Of a DNA stretch of 64,000 bases, positions 34,818 through 44,060 are shown one piece after another. The notes under the pieces are model-generated. The model did not search any database, was not told the DNA's origin, and worked only from the letters and a program-made list of their open reading frames with translations. The stretch spans positions 9,304-73,303 of the forward strand of contig JBCNVO010000044.1 in assembly GCA_039630105.1 (NCBI GenBank), given 5' to 3'. The position numbers were made by a program, and so were the translations under genes. The DNA comes from Acidilobaceae archaeon. Its GTDB lineage: Archaea > Thermoproteota > Thermoprotei_A > Sulfolobales > Acidilobaceae. The first letter of the stretch is position 1. Each line of letters begins with the position of its first letter.

Positions 34818-36158
34818 TCAGCTCGTGTCCGAGGGAAGCAAGAGGGGTAAACCTGTGAGGGACCAAGGCCTTACGCCCTCTCTTTGCAGGCACTCTATGC
34901 CCTCGCTGCACTCCTCTACAGAGCAGCTTGCTGCCTTGAGCACCCTTGCCACCTCCTCCCCAGAGATCACCTCCCTTGCCCTCGTGACCTTCCTCCTCCT
35001 CAACCCTACGAGGTGCCCCTCCTCCCCTACCCACACTAGCCCCTCCTCAGCCCTCTTCGCCAAGAAGTCCTGGGAGCCCCTGGCGCTGTCCCAAGGCCTC
35101 GGGCCCCTCCTTACCTCAAGCTCTGGCAGGGAGAGGGACTCGAGGCCTATGAGGAGGAGAGCCTTGGAGGAGTAGTCGGACCAGAAGGCCTTCCAGGAGC
35201 TCACGAAACCCCTCTCCTCGAGGCGTGAGCTGGCTAGGCTCAGGGCTCTCCTGAGCATGCCTATGACGTTCTCCTTTGGGAGTTCGTCGTAGCTGCCCCG
35301 GCACGCTACCAGCAGGGAAGGGCCTACCTTCTGGGGGGACCTCAGCTGGGGGACCAGGAGTTTCTCAGAAGGGCGGGAGAGGTAGAGTCCTGCCATTACC
35401 ATGAAGGCCGAGAGGCTCGGGAGGGTGACAGAGGCTGCAGCGTTCCTAGCCGGGTCCACGGGGTCCACGAATATCACGGGCGAGTCCTTGTACTTCTCCC
35501 TCAAATACCTCTCGTTCCCGACCCCCTCTATGTCTATGTACACCTGGGGCCTCCAGGAGAGGGAGGCCTCTAGGACCTTCCTGAAGCTCCCGTACCTGAT
35601 CACGAGGAGCTCTGCCAGGTAGCCAGAGAACCCCCCTGCCTCTGCCCCGTATACCCCTATGGCCTCCATGAAGGACTTGAGGAGCCTTATCTCATCTGCC
35701 AAACACGGATCTTCTGCCACCTTCCCCGCCACGTAGCGAGTGTGGAAAGGGGTCCTGCCCACTCCCAGCCTGCTGGGACTCTCTGCCCTTGTCGCAGGGA
35801 CGACCTCCGCCTCCAGCCCCATCAGGCTAACAGTCACGTAGGGGTGTTCTGCGTACTTGACGAGGAAGGGCAGGGGGGAGAGGCACTCCGTGAGGACCTG
35901 GAGGCTCCTCTCCTTCACCCAACTCTCTGACATCTCGAACAGCACGAAAACGTCTACCTCCCACTTCCTGCTCAAGATCGTGCCCTTTGCGAAGCTCCCC
36001 TCTAGCTCCACCTCTGCAGCTATTCCCCTCCTCTCTATGCAGGAGCTAACCTTCTGCTTCAGGTACTGGTAGAGGGAGCTGAGGAGCCTGAGCTGGAGGG
36101 CTGAGGGCCTCAGGGCCTCGAGAGCCCTCTCCTCCACCTCAGCCCTCCCACAGCTCAT
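34818..36158 (-). CDS. cca: CCA-adding tRNA nucleotidyltransferase (archaeal class I)
   Basis: 446 aa. N-terminal nucleotidyltransferase block ELEGSFAKGTILSRKWEVDVFVLF. Confidence 0.8.
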   Translation of the reverse strand: MSCGRAEVEERALEALRPSALQLRLLSSLYQYLKQKVSSCIERRGIAAEVELEGSFAKGTILSRKWEVDVFVLFEMSESWVKERSLQVLTECLSPLPFLVKYAEHPYVTVSLMGLEAEVVPATRAESPSRLGVGRTPFHTRYVAGKVAEDPCLADEIRLLKSFMEAIGVYGAEAGGFSGYLAELLVIRYGSFRKVLEASLSWRPQVYIDIEGVGNERYLREKYKDSPVIFVDPVDPARNAAASVTLPSLSAFMVMAGLYLSRPSEKLLVPQLRSPQKVGPSLLVACRGSYDELPKENVIGMLRRALSLASSRLEERGFVSSWKAFWSDYSSKALLLIGLESLSLPELEVRRGPRPWDSARGSQDFLAKRAEEGLVWVGEEGHLVGLRRRKVTRAREVISGEEVARVLKAASCSVEECSEGIECLQREGVRPWSLTGLPLLLPSDTS

Positions 36159-36715
36159 CTCGCCTTTACCTCGAAGATGGTCTCGTATATAGGTCCCTTG
36201 GGGGTAAGGGTGCTCTTCTTGAGCCTCACGCTGTCCACCACCATAGAGCCTAGCTCCACGTCGGAGAGCTCCTGGAGCATCTTAATGAGAGCAGGGCTTG
36301 GTCTCCCCTTCATCCTTGCCAGCGTGAGGTGGGGGACGAACTTCTCCCTCTCTGCTGGCACCCCCACTGACCTCAGCAGCCTCTCCACCCTCTCCCTCAG
36401 CAACGTCATCTCCTCTGCCCCCTTGCCCACTCCAACCCATATCACTCTCGGCTCCACTGTGCTGGGAAAGGCGCCGAGGCCCCTCAGCTCCAGGGCGAAC
36501 TTCTTGAACTCTAGAGCAGACAGGGCCCTAGAGATCTGTGCCACGAGGGACTGGGGCACCTCCCCAATGAACCGCAGGGTGAAGTGCATGTTCTGCTGCT
36601 CCACAGGCTTCATGGGAGCGCCGCTGGAGAGGAGGGAGCTCTTAGCCCTCTCTAGCGCAGAGAGCAGCAGGGGGTCCTCTATGTCTACAGCCACGAAAGT
36701 CCTGACGTAGCTCAT
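36155..36715 (-). CDS. thpR: RNA 2',3'-cyclic phosphodiesterase / 2'-5' RNA ligase (LigT/ThpR, 2H family)
   Basis: 186 aa with two HxT/S motifs (HFTLRF and PHLTLAR). Confidence 0.85.
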   Translation of the reverse strand: MSYVRTFVAVDIEDPLLLSALERAKSSLLSSGAPMKPVEQQNMHFTLRFIGEVPQSLVAQISRALSALEFKKFALELRGLGAFPSTVEPRVIWVGVGKGAEEMTLLRERVERLLRSVGVPAEREKFVPHLTLARMKGRPSPALIKMLQELSDVELGSMVVDSVRLKKSTLTPKGPIYETIFEVKAR

Positions 36716-36752
36716 CCTAGCCCTCGCCGAGGAGAGAGGTCAGGGCTTTAAT

Positions 36753-37814
36753 TTATGGGAACAGCTCCAGGTCGTACTCCCCTGGCCCTATCTTCTCCTG
36801 CATCCTGAGGCCCTCTGGACAACCCTTCCCCAGCCTAATGGGCTCAGGAATGGAGCTCAGCAGCGCTACCCTGCTCACCACGCTCTCCCCTATCAGGGGG
36901 TAACCGGTGAGCTCTGAAAGCCTCATGCTCACCTTCTTCAGGTAGTCGAAGGGGGCCTGGTCCTCCTTGGAGAGTCTCTGCCTGCTCGTGCCCAGCCACA
37001 TGTAGGACTTTATCTCCACATAGGTGGGCCTTGCCAGGTCCACTAGCTTTGCAAAACCTCTTAGGGCCTCCTCAGTGTCGTTGAACCCCTTGACCAGGGT
37101 TATCCTTATGGCAGTGGGACTGGTGAAGCTGGGGAGCATCTCGAGTGACTCGAGCGTGAGCTCCCAGGCCCTCGGGACTAGGGGGCGGGTGAAGTAGTCG
37201 TAGCTCCTCTTGTCCCATGCCTCCAGGCTCACATAGAGCTGGCTTGGCTCCTCCTCCAGGTTGCCGAGAACGTCAGGCCTCACGCCCCTCGTCACAACGA
37301 AGGTGGTCATCCCCCTCCTGTGTATCTCCTTTATGAGATCGCCGAGCATTGGGTAGAGCGTGGGCTCCCCTGTGAGGCTCATGGTCACGTGTACAGGATT
37401 GAAGGCCTCCTCCACCATCCTCGGGTCTATGCCCGGCATCCCCTTGTAGCCGCTCATGAGCCTCCTGTGCTCCTTTATGAGCCCGTCCACGAGCTCTTTG
37501 GGGTCGTCGTAAAAGGGTAGCCTCGTCTCGTCCATCTCCACCCCCACGTCCTGAGGCCTTATCCTCCAGCAGTGCATGCAGGCGTTCCAGCACCAGAAGG
37601 CAGAGGGACTCATCTGTATGTCCCTGTGACTCTCTATGCCGTAGAACTTGCACTTGTAGCAGTGCCTCCCCTCCATCATGGCCATGTGGGTCCAGTGGCA
37701 CTTCTTCACCACACTGTGCCTGCCCACGAAGTGGTACTTTTGCCTAGCCAGCCTCTCTGTGAGAGGAGCCCACTTCTCAGGCAAGTCCTTCCTTATTAGC
37801 CCCTTCCCCCTCAC
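36753..37814 (-). CDS. taw1: tRNA 4-demethylwyosine synthase (radical SAM, Taw1/TYW1)
   Basis: 353 aa. Radical-SAM CWNACMHC (C75/C79/C82) and the upstream auxiliary-cluster region KKCHW...HCYKCKFYGIESHRD. Confidence 0.85.
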   Translation of the reverse strand: MRGKGLIRKDLPEKWAPLTERLARQKYHFVGRHSVVKKCHWTHMAMMEGRHCYKCKFYGIESHRDIQMSPSAFWCWNACMHCWRIRPQDVGVEMDETRLPFYDDPKELVDGLIKEHRRLMSGYKGMPGIDPRMVEEAFNPVHVTMSLTGEPTLYPMLGDLIKEIHRRGMTTFVVTRGVRPDVLGNLEEEPSQLYVSLEAWDKRSYDYFTRPLVPRAWELTLESLEMLPSFTSPTAIRITLVKGFNDTEEALRGFAKLVDLARPTYVEIKSYMWLGTSRQRLSKEDQAPFDYLKKVSMRLSELTGYPLIGESVVSRVALLSSIPEPIRLGKGCPEGLRMQEKIGPGEYDLELFP

Positions 37815-38793
37815 CTCTTCCCCCCATCAGACCTTTCTCCAAAAGGTATTGATATGCGCTATATGCAGCAACAGAACCCATGGCTGCAGCTGTCACCACC
37901 TGCCTGAAGCCCCTCCAGAGACTAGTAGCGTCTCCTGCAGCAAATATTCCAGGTATGTTCGTCTCCATCCACTCGCCCACTTTCACATAGCCCTGCTCAT
38001 CCGTCTCCACGCCTATCCTGCGGAACAGCTCCACTGGGGGCTCCTGGCCTATCTCCACGAAAACCCCGTCCACATCCAGAGTGGCCTCTCCCTTAGGTCC
38101 CCTGACCTTCACAGCCCTCACCTCCTCCTCCCCCAAGATCTCTGTTACCACGCTGTTCAGCACCAGCTCCACGTTCTCCCTCCTCTTAACGTCCTCCACA
38201 AGCACAGGCTTGGCCCTGAAGCTGTCCCTCCTGTGGATCAGGTATACCTTGCCCACGTAGCCGCTTAGGAGAGCTGCCCCCTCTAGAGCTGCATCTCCTC
38301 CCCCTACGACAGCCACTGCCCTCTTGCCCTTGTAGAGCGGTCCATCACATATACTGCAGTAGCTCACCCCCCTCCCCTTGAACTTGTCCTCCCCAGGGAC
38401 CCCCAGCTTCCTCCTCCTGCTCCCCGCAGCCAATATCACTGCCTTAGCGAATATCTCGTTACCCCCGCTGCCCACTATCCTGAACTCCTCCCCCTCCTTC
38501 TTTATGTCGACCACCTCGAACCCAGTAACCACCCTCACTCCAGAGCCCTCTGCGTGCTCCCTGAACTTGCTGGTGAGCTCAGATGCCTTGATCTTGCTGA
38601 ACCCAGGGTAGTCGTCTATCCACTCCGTCCAGTTCAGCTGGCCTCCAACGTCTATGGTCACGACCACAGACTTCAGGAGGAACCTTGCGACATATACAGC
38701 TGCAGACAGCCCAGCGGGCCCGCCGCCGACTATGACTATGTCGAACCTCTCCCCCTTCTCCAGCCTAGGCTTCCTCGCTATCCTCAGAGACAT
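37777..38793 (-). CDS. trxB: thioredoxin reductase
   Basis: 338 aa. Blocks VIVGGGPAG, active site CSICDG, GGGDAALEGA, HRRDSFRA and AAGD. The 3' end overlaps taw1 by 38 nt. Confidence 0.9.
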   Translation of the reverse strand: MSLRIARKPRLEKGERFDIVIVGGGPAGLSAAVYVARFLLKSVVVTIDVGGQLNWTEWIDDYPGFSKIKASELTSKFREHAEGSGVRVVTGFEVVDIKKEGEEFRIVGSGGNEIFAKAVILAAGSRRRKLGVPGEDKFKGRGVSYCSICDGPLYKGKRAVAVVGGGDAALEGAALLSGYVGKVYLIHRRDSFRAKPVLVEDVKRRENVELVLNSVVTEILGEEEVRAVKVRGPKGEATLDVDGVFVEIGQEPPVELFRRIGVETDEQGYVKVGEWMETNIPGIFAAGDATSLWRGFRQVVTAAAMGSVAAYSAYQYLLEKGLMGGRGEGEGANKEGLA

Positions 38794-38804
38794 GTCTTCC
38801 CCAG

Positions 38805-38817
38805 CAAACGCTGTTAA
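38805..38817. promoter_or_regulatory. CAAAC-GCT-GTTAA site 11 nt upstream of the trxB start (one imperfect half-site)
   Basis: The minus strand reads TTAACAGCGTTTG. Its first 11 nt are identical to the sufB site. Confidence 0.45.
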
Positions 38818-38838
38818 TAGAGGTTAAGAGGGTTTTGA

Positions 38839-39654
38839 TTATACGGGCATGTCCTTCTCCTCGTATATCGTTATGGCTAAGAAGAGCGCTATGACACAGA
38901 GCAGCGTGAGGACCGTCACGTCCACTGCAGAGACCGTTCCCTTTACAGCGACCTCCAGCGCCGGGTAGTACCTCGATGCAGTCAGGTAGCCTAGGGACTC
39001 CAGGCTTGTGCCCAGGCTCATCGTGTCCACGGCATAGTCCAGCACCACTAGGCCTGCTGCCACCGGTTTCACCAGCGCAGCTGGGAGTACAGTGCCCAGC
39101 AGCATGCCTACAGAGACGCAGAGGGCAAGGTAGGGGAGACTGTGGAGGTGAAGTAGGAGGATGTTCCTGCCCATCAGCTCCTCCGTCCCAAAGAAGAGGG
39201 AGGTAAGATGGGTTATGATCAGGGAGGACAGGCTGGCGCCGCCCACGATTACCATTATGGACACGAACCTGGAGAGGAGGAGCCTGCGCCTGGAGATCGG
39301 CAAGGAGAGGTACAGGGGCCCTGTCCTCTCCAGCAAGTCGTCAACGACAGCCCCTGCGCCTGCATATGCAGAATATGCTCCCAGCAACACTATGTGCACC
39401 AAAACGAAGTAGTTGATCACGTAGTATGCCTCTAGGCTCAGCGTCTCTGGCACCCCCTTGCCGAAAAGCTTGATGAAGTCCTCTGGGAACTGTCTGAAGA
39501 GCTCCTCGTATATCTTCTGCAACTCCTCCCCCTCTCCAGCCCCCCAAGACCACACTGTGATCACGATGAACAGGAACATCACGAGGGACCATCCCAGCAG
39601 GGCCCTCCTCCTGAGCCTGAGGTCGAGCGATATGTAGCTGAGCACTTTGCTCAC
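38839..39654 (-). CDS. ABC-2 type transporter permease
   Basis: 271 aa with about 6 hydrophobic segments. 4-nt overlap with the upstream ABC ATPase gene. Confidence 0.6.
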   Translation of the reverse strand: MSKVLSYISLDLRLRRRALLGWSLVMFLFIVITVWSWGAGEGEELQKIYEELFRQFPEDFIKLFGKGVPETLSLEAYYVINYFVLVHIVLLGAYSAYAGAGAVVDDLLERTGPLYLSLPISRRRLLLSRFVSIMVIVGGASLSSLIITHLTSLFFGTEELMGRNILLLHLHSLPYLALCVSVGMLLGTVLPAALVKPVAAGLVVLDYAVDTMSLGTSLESLGYLTASRYYPALEVAVKGTVSAVDVTVLTLLCVIALFLAITIYEEKDMPV

Positions 39655-40538
39655 CTCTTGTAAATGTGGAGGAACACCTCCTCGAGCGTCATGTTCCTCA
39701 CCTCTATGTCCTCCAGTCCGTGCTCCGCGAGCAGGGCCAAGATCTCAGAGTACTTGCCCTCAGCTATTATTGTGACCTCCCTCCCGCCCTCTGCCAGCTC
39801 TGGCCTTCCCAGACCTTCCAGCTTCCTCGGATCTAGAGGCCTGCCGAGCCTTGCCCTAATTATCTTGCCGAGCTTTGAGAGGAGGGAGGGGAGGTCCTCG
39901 AGAGACACCACTTTCCCTCCCTTTATGAGGCACACTCTGTCTGCTACCTTCTGCACCTCTCCCAGCACGTGGGAGGAGAAGAAGACTGTCTTGCCCCTCC
40001 TCACCTCCTCCCTCAGGAAGCTGAGCAGCCTCTCCCTCATGAGTGGGTCTAGGCCTGTGGTGGGCTCGTCGAGTATGAGCAATTCTGGGTCATGGGAGAG
40101 GGCCAAGGTTATAGCTAGTATCTGCCTCATCCCCTTGGAGTATTCTTCCACTCTCTTCTCCAGGTCCAGGGGGAGGAGCGAGAAGACCTCCTCTGCCCTG
40201 CTCTGCCCCCCTCTTATCTCTGCAAAATACCTGAGCACCTCCCTCCCCTTGAGGCCCCGGGGGAAAGTGAAGTCCTCTGCCAGGTAGCCGATCTCTGCCT
40301 TAACCCTTGCCATAGCCCTGTCGTCCCTCGTGTCCGCCCCCATGACGATTGCCCTCCCCCTCGTAGGCCTGAGGAAGCCAAGGAGGAGCCTTATGGTGGT
40401 CGTCTTCCCTGCACCGTTAGGGCCTAGGTAGGCAAAGGCCTCTCCCTTTCTGACGCTGAAGCCCACGTCCTCTATCCCGACCTTCCCGTCGTAGTACTTC
40501 GTGAGGCCCTCAGCTACAATTAACTCTGTCACGCTCAA
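39651..40538 (-). CDS. ABC transporter ATP-binding protein
   Basis: Walker A GPNGAGKTT, signature YSKGMRQ, Walker B LILDEPTTGLD. Confidence 0.9.
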   Translation of the reverse strand: MSVTELIVAEGLTKYYDGKVGIEDVGFSVRKGEAFAYLGPNGAGKTTTIRLLLGFLRPTRGRAIVMGADTRDDRAMARVKAEIGYLAEDFTFPRGLKGREVLRYFAEIRGGQSRAEEVFSLLPLDLEKRVEEYSKGMRQILAITLALSHDPELLILDEPTTGLDPLMRERLLSFLREEVRRGKTVFFSSHVLGEVQKVADRVCLIKGGKVVSLEDLPSLLSKLGKIIRARLGRPLDPRKLEGLGRPELAEGGREVTIIAEGKYSEILALLAEHGLEDIEVRNMTLEEVFLHIYKR

Positions 40539-40579
40539 GTCCCTTAGTAAGAGTATAAGTTGTAGAGAATATATAGAAG

Positions 40580-40858
40580 TCAGATGCGGTGAACGAACTC
40601 CACTTCTACTTCGTCCACTCCCTCCACTCCTCTGAGCGTGTTCTCCAGCTCGTCCGTGCCCCCCTCTGTCTCCTCTGGTATGGTGACGAGTATCCTCAAG
40701 GCCTTGTAGCCGAAGGCAATGGGGATCTCGCTGCTCCCTACCAGCGCGTATTCCTGGGGGAGGCTCGTCCTGATCCTCTCCAGAAGGCCGTTGTGGTCTA
40801 CCTCAACACCAGTGGGGAACACCCTCACCGCCACGACTACCCTAGCCACCCTCCTCAC
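40580..40858 (-). CDS. translation elongation factor aEF-1 beta
   Basis: About 90 aa counted from the GTG at 40858 (or 40849). EIPIAFGYKALRILVTIPEETEGGTDELE matches the aEF-1beta core. The 114-aa ORF in the track overlaps the upstream Zn-ribbon gene. Confidence 0.75.
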   Translation of the reverse strand: MRRVARVVVAVRVFPTGVEVDHNGLLERIRTSLPQEYALVGSSEIPIAFGYKALRILVTIPEETEGGTDELENTLRGVEGVDEVEVEFVHRI

Positions 40859-40859
40859 C

Positions 40860-41075
40860 TCATGGGCCTTCGAAGCCACAATTAGGGCACTTATATGTGG
40901 CTCCCTGGATCCTGTCTTTCTCACATCTCCATATGAGGAAAACGCCGCAGTTAGGACAGAAGAAGGAGACTGCCTTCTCTGCAGGGTTGATCACTCTGCC
41001 AGAGCTGCAAGTAGGCGGTTTAACGCTGTCGTAAACGTCTATCTTCCTCACGACCTCTGCCCTAGACATTTTCAC
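40860..41075 (-). CDS. Zn-ribbon protein (COG2888-type, usually paired with aEF-1beta)
   Basis: 71 aa with CPNCG...CEKD...CPNCG cysteine pairs. The conserved neighbourhood with aEF-1beta is from memory. Confidence 0.65.
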   Translation of the reverse strand: MKMSRAEVVRKIDVYDSVKPPTCSSGRVINPAEKAVSFFCPNCGVFLIWRCEKDRIQGATYKCPNCGFEGP

Positions 41076-41110
41076 CCCCCTTTGCCCTGCCTCTCGAGTT
41101 TAAAAGCTTG

Positions 41111-41980
41111 CTAGAGCAGCTTGCTGACCAGCCTGGGTATGTCGAAGGGAGTTCTAGCTACTGCTATGCCTGCCCTCTCCAGGGCCTTGACCTTCCCAGC
41201 GTAGTCTCCCTGCCCCATCATTATTATCGCCCCAGCATGTCCCATCCTCTTGCCAGGCGGGGCTGTCCTCCCTGCAACGAAAGCCACTACGGGCTTCGTG
41301 AACCTGCCCTCTGCCACCATCTTCGCTGCCCTCTCCTCCATATCGCCCCCTATCTCCCCCAGCAACACCACGGCCTTAGTTTCCCTATCCTTCTCGAAGA
41401 GCTCGAGCGCCTCAGGGAAGGTGAGCCCTACTATGGGGTCTCCCCCTATCCCTATGACAGTGGACTGGCCTATGCCCTCCCTGGTGAGAGCATAGCTCAC
41501 CTCGTATGTAAGGGTTCCGCTGCGCGACACAACAGCTACAGGCCCCCTGGAGAACACGTGGCCTGGCATTATGCCCACCTTTGCCTCCCCTGGTGTGATT
41601 ATGCCTGGACAGTTTGGTCCAATGACTGTGACGCCCTTGCTCTTTGCATAGTTAACTGCCTTGAGGGTCTCGTGGACTGGGATGCCCTCTGTGATCACTA
41701 CCACGAGCTTCACGCCTGAGTCCACAGCCTCATACAATGCGTCTGTAGCAAACCGTGCAGGTACGAAAATGATCGAAGCGTTAGCATCCCTTTCCCTCAC
41801 TGCCTCTGCCACAGAGTCGTAGACTGGCACGCCGTGGACCTCTGTACCCCCCTTCCCCGGCGTTACGCCTGCAACCACCTTGGTGCCATATTCTAGCATG
41901 AGTTTGGCGTGGAAGGAGCCCTCCCTTCCTGTTATGCCCTGCACCACGACCCTAGTGTCCTTGCTGACTAGGATCGCCAC
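41111..41980 (-). CDS. sucD: succinyl-CoA synthetase alpha subunit
   Basis: 289 aa. Blocks [21 protein letters not shown], and the phosphohistidine loop MGHAGAI. Confidence 0.95.
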   Translation of the reverse strand: MAILVSKDTRVVVQGITGREGSFHAKLMLEYGTKVVAGVTPGKGGTEVHGVPVYDSVAEAVRERDANASIIFVPARFATDALYEAVDSGVKLVVVITEGIPVHETLKAVNYAKSKGVTVIGPNCPGIITPGEAKVGIMPGHVFSRGPVAVVSRSGTLTYEVSYALTREGIGQSTVIGIGGDPIVGLTFPEALELFEKDRETKAVVLLGEIGGDMEERAAKMVAEGRFTKPVVAFVAGRTAPPGKRMGHAGAIIMMGQGDYAGKVKALERAGIAVARTPFDIPRLVSKLL

Positions 41981-41981
41981 C

Positions 41982-43130
41982 TCACTTCCCCTCCTCTACT
42001 GCAGCCATTGCCGCCTCCCTTGGGTCGCTGAACACCCTTATCCCCGCTCCCTCCAGGATCTTCCTCCCCTCCTCCTCCCTCGTGCCAGAGAGCCTCACGA
42101 ATATCTTCTTGCTCAGCCCCCCGTGCTCCCTTATGGCCTCCACTATCCCCCTAGCTACCTCGTCCCCCCTCGTTATCCCTCCAAATATGTTGATGAAGAC
42201 GCTCTTCGCCTTCGGGTACTCAAGCAGGAGGAGCAGGGCCTTCTTGACCCTCTCTGCGCTTGCCCCGCCGCCTATGTCGAGGAAGTTAGCAGGAGCTCCT
42301 CCGTACTCGTAAACGAGGTCCATGCTCGTCATGGTGAGCCCTGCACCGTTCCCTATTATCCCCACGCTCCCCTCTAGCTCCACGAAGGCCATCCCTGCCT
42401 TCTTGCCCTTTGACTCCCAGATGCTGACCTCCCCTCCCTCCAGCCTTTCTATGGCTAGCTCAGGGTGCTTGTAGGCAGCGTTGTCGTCCACTATTATACG
42501 GGCATCCAGCGCTACCACTCTGTCCTCCAGCACTGTGAGAGGGTTCGTCTCCACGAGGTCAGCGTCGTAACTGGTGAAGACCTCGTAAAGGGCCTGTATC
42601 ATGGAGGCAAAGCTGTTGAGGGCTCCTCCCGAAAGGCCCAGGCTCCTCGCTATAGCTCTTGCCTCATATGCCCGAAGGCCCGCGTATAGGTCTACGTACC
42701 TCCTCGTTATGCTCTCAGGCCTCTCCCTCGCTATCTCCTCTATGTCCATCCCCCCGAACCTGCTTGCCAGGATCACTGGCTTCCTCTCGCTCCTGTCCAA
42801 GGTGATGGAGGCGTAGAGCTCCACGTCGTGCTTCACCGCCTTCTCCACGAGGATGAACGCAGGTTTCAACCCCTTGATCGGGTGCTCGAAGAGCAGCTCC
42901 ACCAGCTTTGTAGCCTCCTCCACGCTGTTAGCTAGCCTTATCCCTCCCGCCTTCCCCCTCCCTGCCACCAGCACCTGGCTCTTCACCACTAGAGGAGGCT
43001 CGAGCCTAGAGGCCTCCAGCTTTGCCCTTGCGTCCTCTCCCCTTGCTATAACTACTCCCGGCGGCACCTCTACTCCATGTCTTCTGAGGATCTCCTTGGC
43101 CTCGAACTCGTACAGCTTCAACTCCTGCAC
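41982..43130 (-). CDS. sucC: succinyl-CoA synthetase beta subunit
   Basis: 382 aa. ATP-grasp N-terminus ([14 protein letters not shown]) and C-terminal [13 protein letters not shown]. Confidence 0.95.
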   Translation of the reverse strand: MQELKLYEFEAKEILRRHGVEVPPGVVIARGEDARAKLEASRLEPPLVVKSQVLVAGRGKAGGIRLANSVEEATKLVELLFEHPIKGLKPAFILVEKAVKHDVELYASITLDRSERKPVILASRFGGMDIEEIARERPESITRRYVDLYAGLRAYEARAIARSLGLSGGALNSFASMIQALYEVFTSYDADLVETNPLTVLEDRVVALDARIIVDDNAAYKHPELAIERLEGGEVSIWESKGKKAGMAFVELEGSVGIIGNGAGLTMTSMDLVYEYGGAPANFLDIGGGASAERVKKALLLLLEYPKAKSVFINIFGGITRGDEVARGIVEAIREHGGLSKKIFVRLSGTREEEGRKILEGAGIRVFSDPREAAMAAVEEGK

Positions 43131-43186
43131 CGCCTTGGGACCAGCACAAGACCCTTAAAACTTCTCTCGGCCCTACGCGAGGGAAC

Positions 43187-43741
43187 ATGCCAAGGGCGGA
43201 GAGCGGCCAGAAGGTGCTGGACAGCTACCAGCTGCTGAGAATGGGAGAGGGGGAGCTCAAGGAGGTGAGGGAGTGGGCCTTGAGGAGCGCCTCCATTCTA
43301 GTCACCTCCCCCTCCATGGTCTACGTGAGCCCCTCCCTACCCATAGTCGTGGGAGTGGGGAGCATCATATCCCACGAGAGGCCACCGATCGGTAACGCGT
43401 ACGAGATCCTGAGGACCAGCTGGGTCGACGGCTGCAGGGTCGGAGAGAGGGAGCCCTCCTTCGAGAGGGCAGAGGGGGAGGCAGTGAGGATGGAGGGCGT
43501 CGCAGTGGCCCTAGATCCCAGGGACCCAGTGTCCCTCTTCCTCAACGGCTCCAGAGGGCCTCACGACGTTGTGGTAGGGGAGGAGGCAGGGGCCATAGTG
43601 CTCATAGCGGGAAGGTCTGCTGTGTTGAAGCTCAAGGGCTACAAGTCCCTCCTGCTGTCAGGCGAGGCTTTCAGGAGGGTCGAGTACATAGCCCCCCTCG
43701 CCTCCTCGTGCAGAGGTGAACAGAGCCTTGAAGATCACTAA
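43187..43741 (+). CDS. hypothetical protein
   Basis: 184-aa ORF with host-like codon usage. A TATA-like CTTAAAA lies about 26 nt upstream. I recognise no motif. Confidence 0.4.
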   Translation: MPRAESGQKVLDSYQLLRMGEGELKEVREWALRSASILVTSPSMVYVSPSLPIVVGVGSIISHERPPIGNAYEILRTSWVDGCRVGEREPSFERAEGEAVRMEGVAVALDPRDPVSLFLNGSRGPHDVVVGEEAGAIVLIAGRSAVLKLKGYKSLLLSGEAFRRVEYIAPLASSCRGEQSLEDH

Positions 43742-44015
43742 GAGGGAGCTCTCTGCCTCCATACTCCTCCATAGGTCCTTCGGGGAGAGGGAGGTCAACG
43801 TTGAGGAGGCGCTCTCCCTGCTCAGGAGGGAGATGTGCCTCACTAGGTCCTCAGCGCTTAACGTGGTGAAGAGGCTGAGGAAGCTCGGCTTCCTCGAGAT
43901 CAGGAAGAGGGAGGACTCCATAGTCGTGCTCCCATATAGCCCCCTGAGGCCTCTGGAGGCAATGGCTCTCTCGCACTTGTCCTCCCGGAAAGAGAGGTGT
44001 AGAACAGCGAAATGA
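43716..44015 (+). CDS. small winged-helix (wHTH) DNA-binding protein, putative
   Basis: 99 aa. LTRSSALNVVKRLRKLGFLEIRKRED looks like a recognition helix plus wing. It overlaps the preceding ORF by 26 nt; an alternative TTG start lies at 43728. Confidence 0.4.
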   Translation: MNRALKITKRELSASILLHRSFGEREVNVEEALSLLRREMCLTRSSALNVVKRLRKLGFLEIRKREDSIVVLPYSPLRPLEAMALSHLSSRKERCRTAK

Positions 44016-44018
44016 TTC

Positions 44019-44025
44019 TTTTAAA
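44019..44025 (+). promoter_or_regulatory. TATA-like box (TTTTAAA) upstream of cdc48
   Basis: Lies 35 nt upstream of the TTG at 44061. It is the only A/T-rich element in the 45-nt gap. Confidence 0.4.
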
Positions 44026-44060
44026 CTTCTAGCATAACTATGGCCTAGGGACCTGGGACC

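Noticed and set aside
34735-35034. N-terminal 100-aa extension of the kinase-like ORF (the ORF track gives 34105-35034).
   Set aside because: It overlaps the 3' part of the well-supported cca gene by more than 200 nt. The translation is G/R-rich and non-protein-like. The kinase G-loop begins shortly after the GTG at 34734.
41019-41029. TTTAACGCTGT, identical to the left part of the sufB palindrome region, found inside the Zn-ribbon gene.
   Set aside because: It lies within coding sequence (VYDSVKPP), lacks the second GTTAA half-site, and is not promoter-proximal. It is most likely coincidence.
43716-43741. Possibility that ORFs 43187-43741 and 43716-44015 are one gene disrupted by a frameshift (a pseudogene).
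   Set aside because: No slippery sequence or homopolymer lies at the overlap. Overlapping gene pairs are common throughout this window. It cannot be decided without homologues, so both are kept as separate low-confidence CDS.
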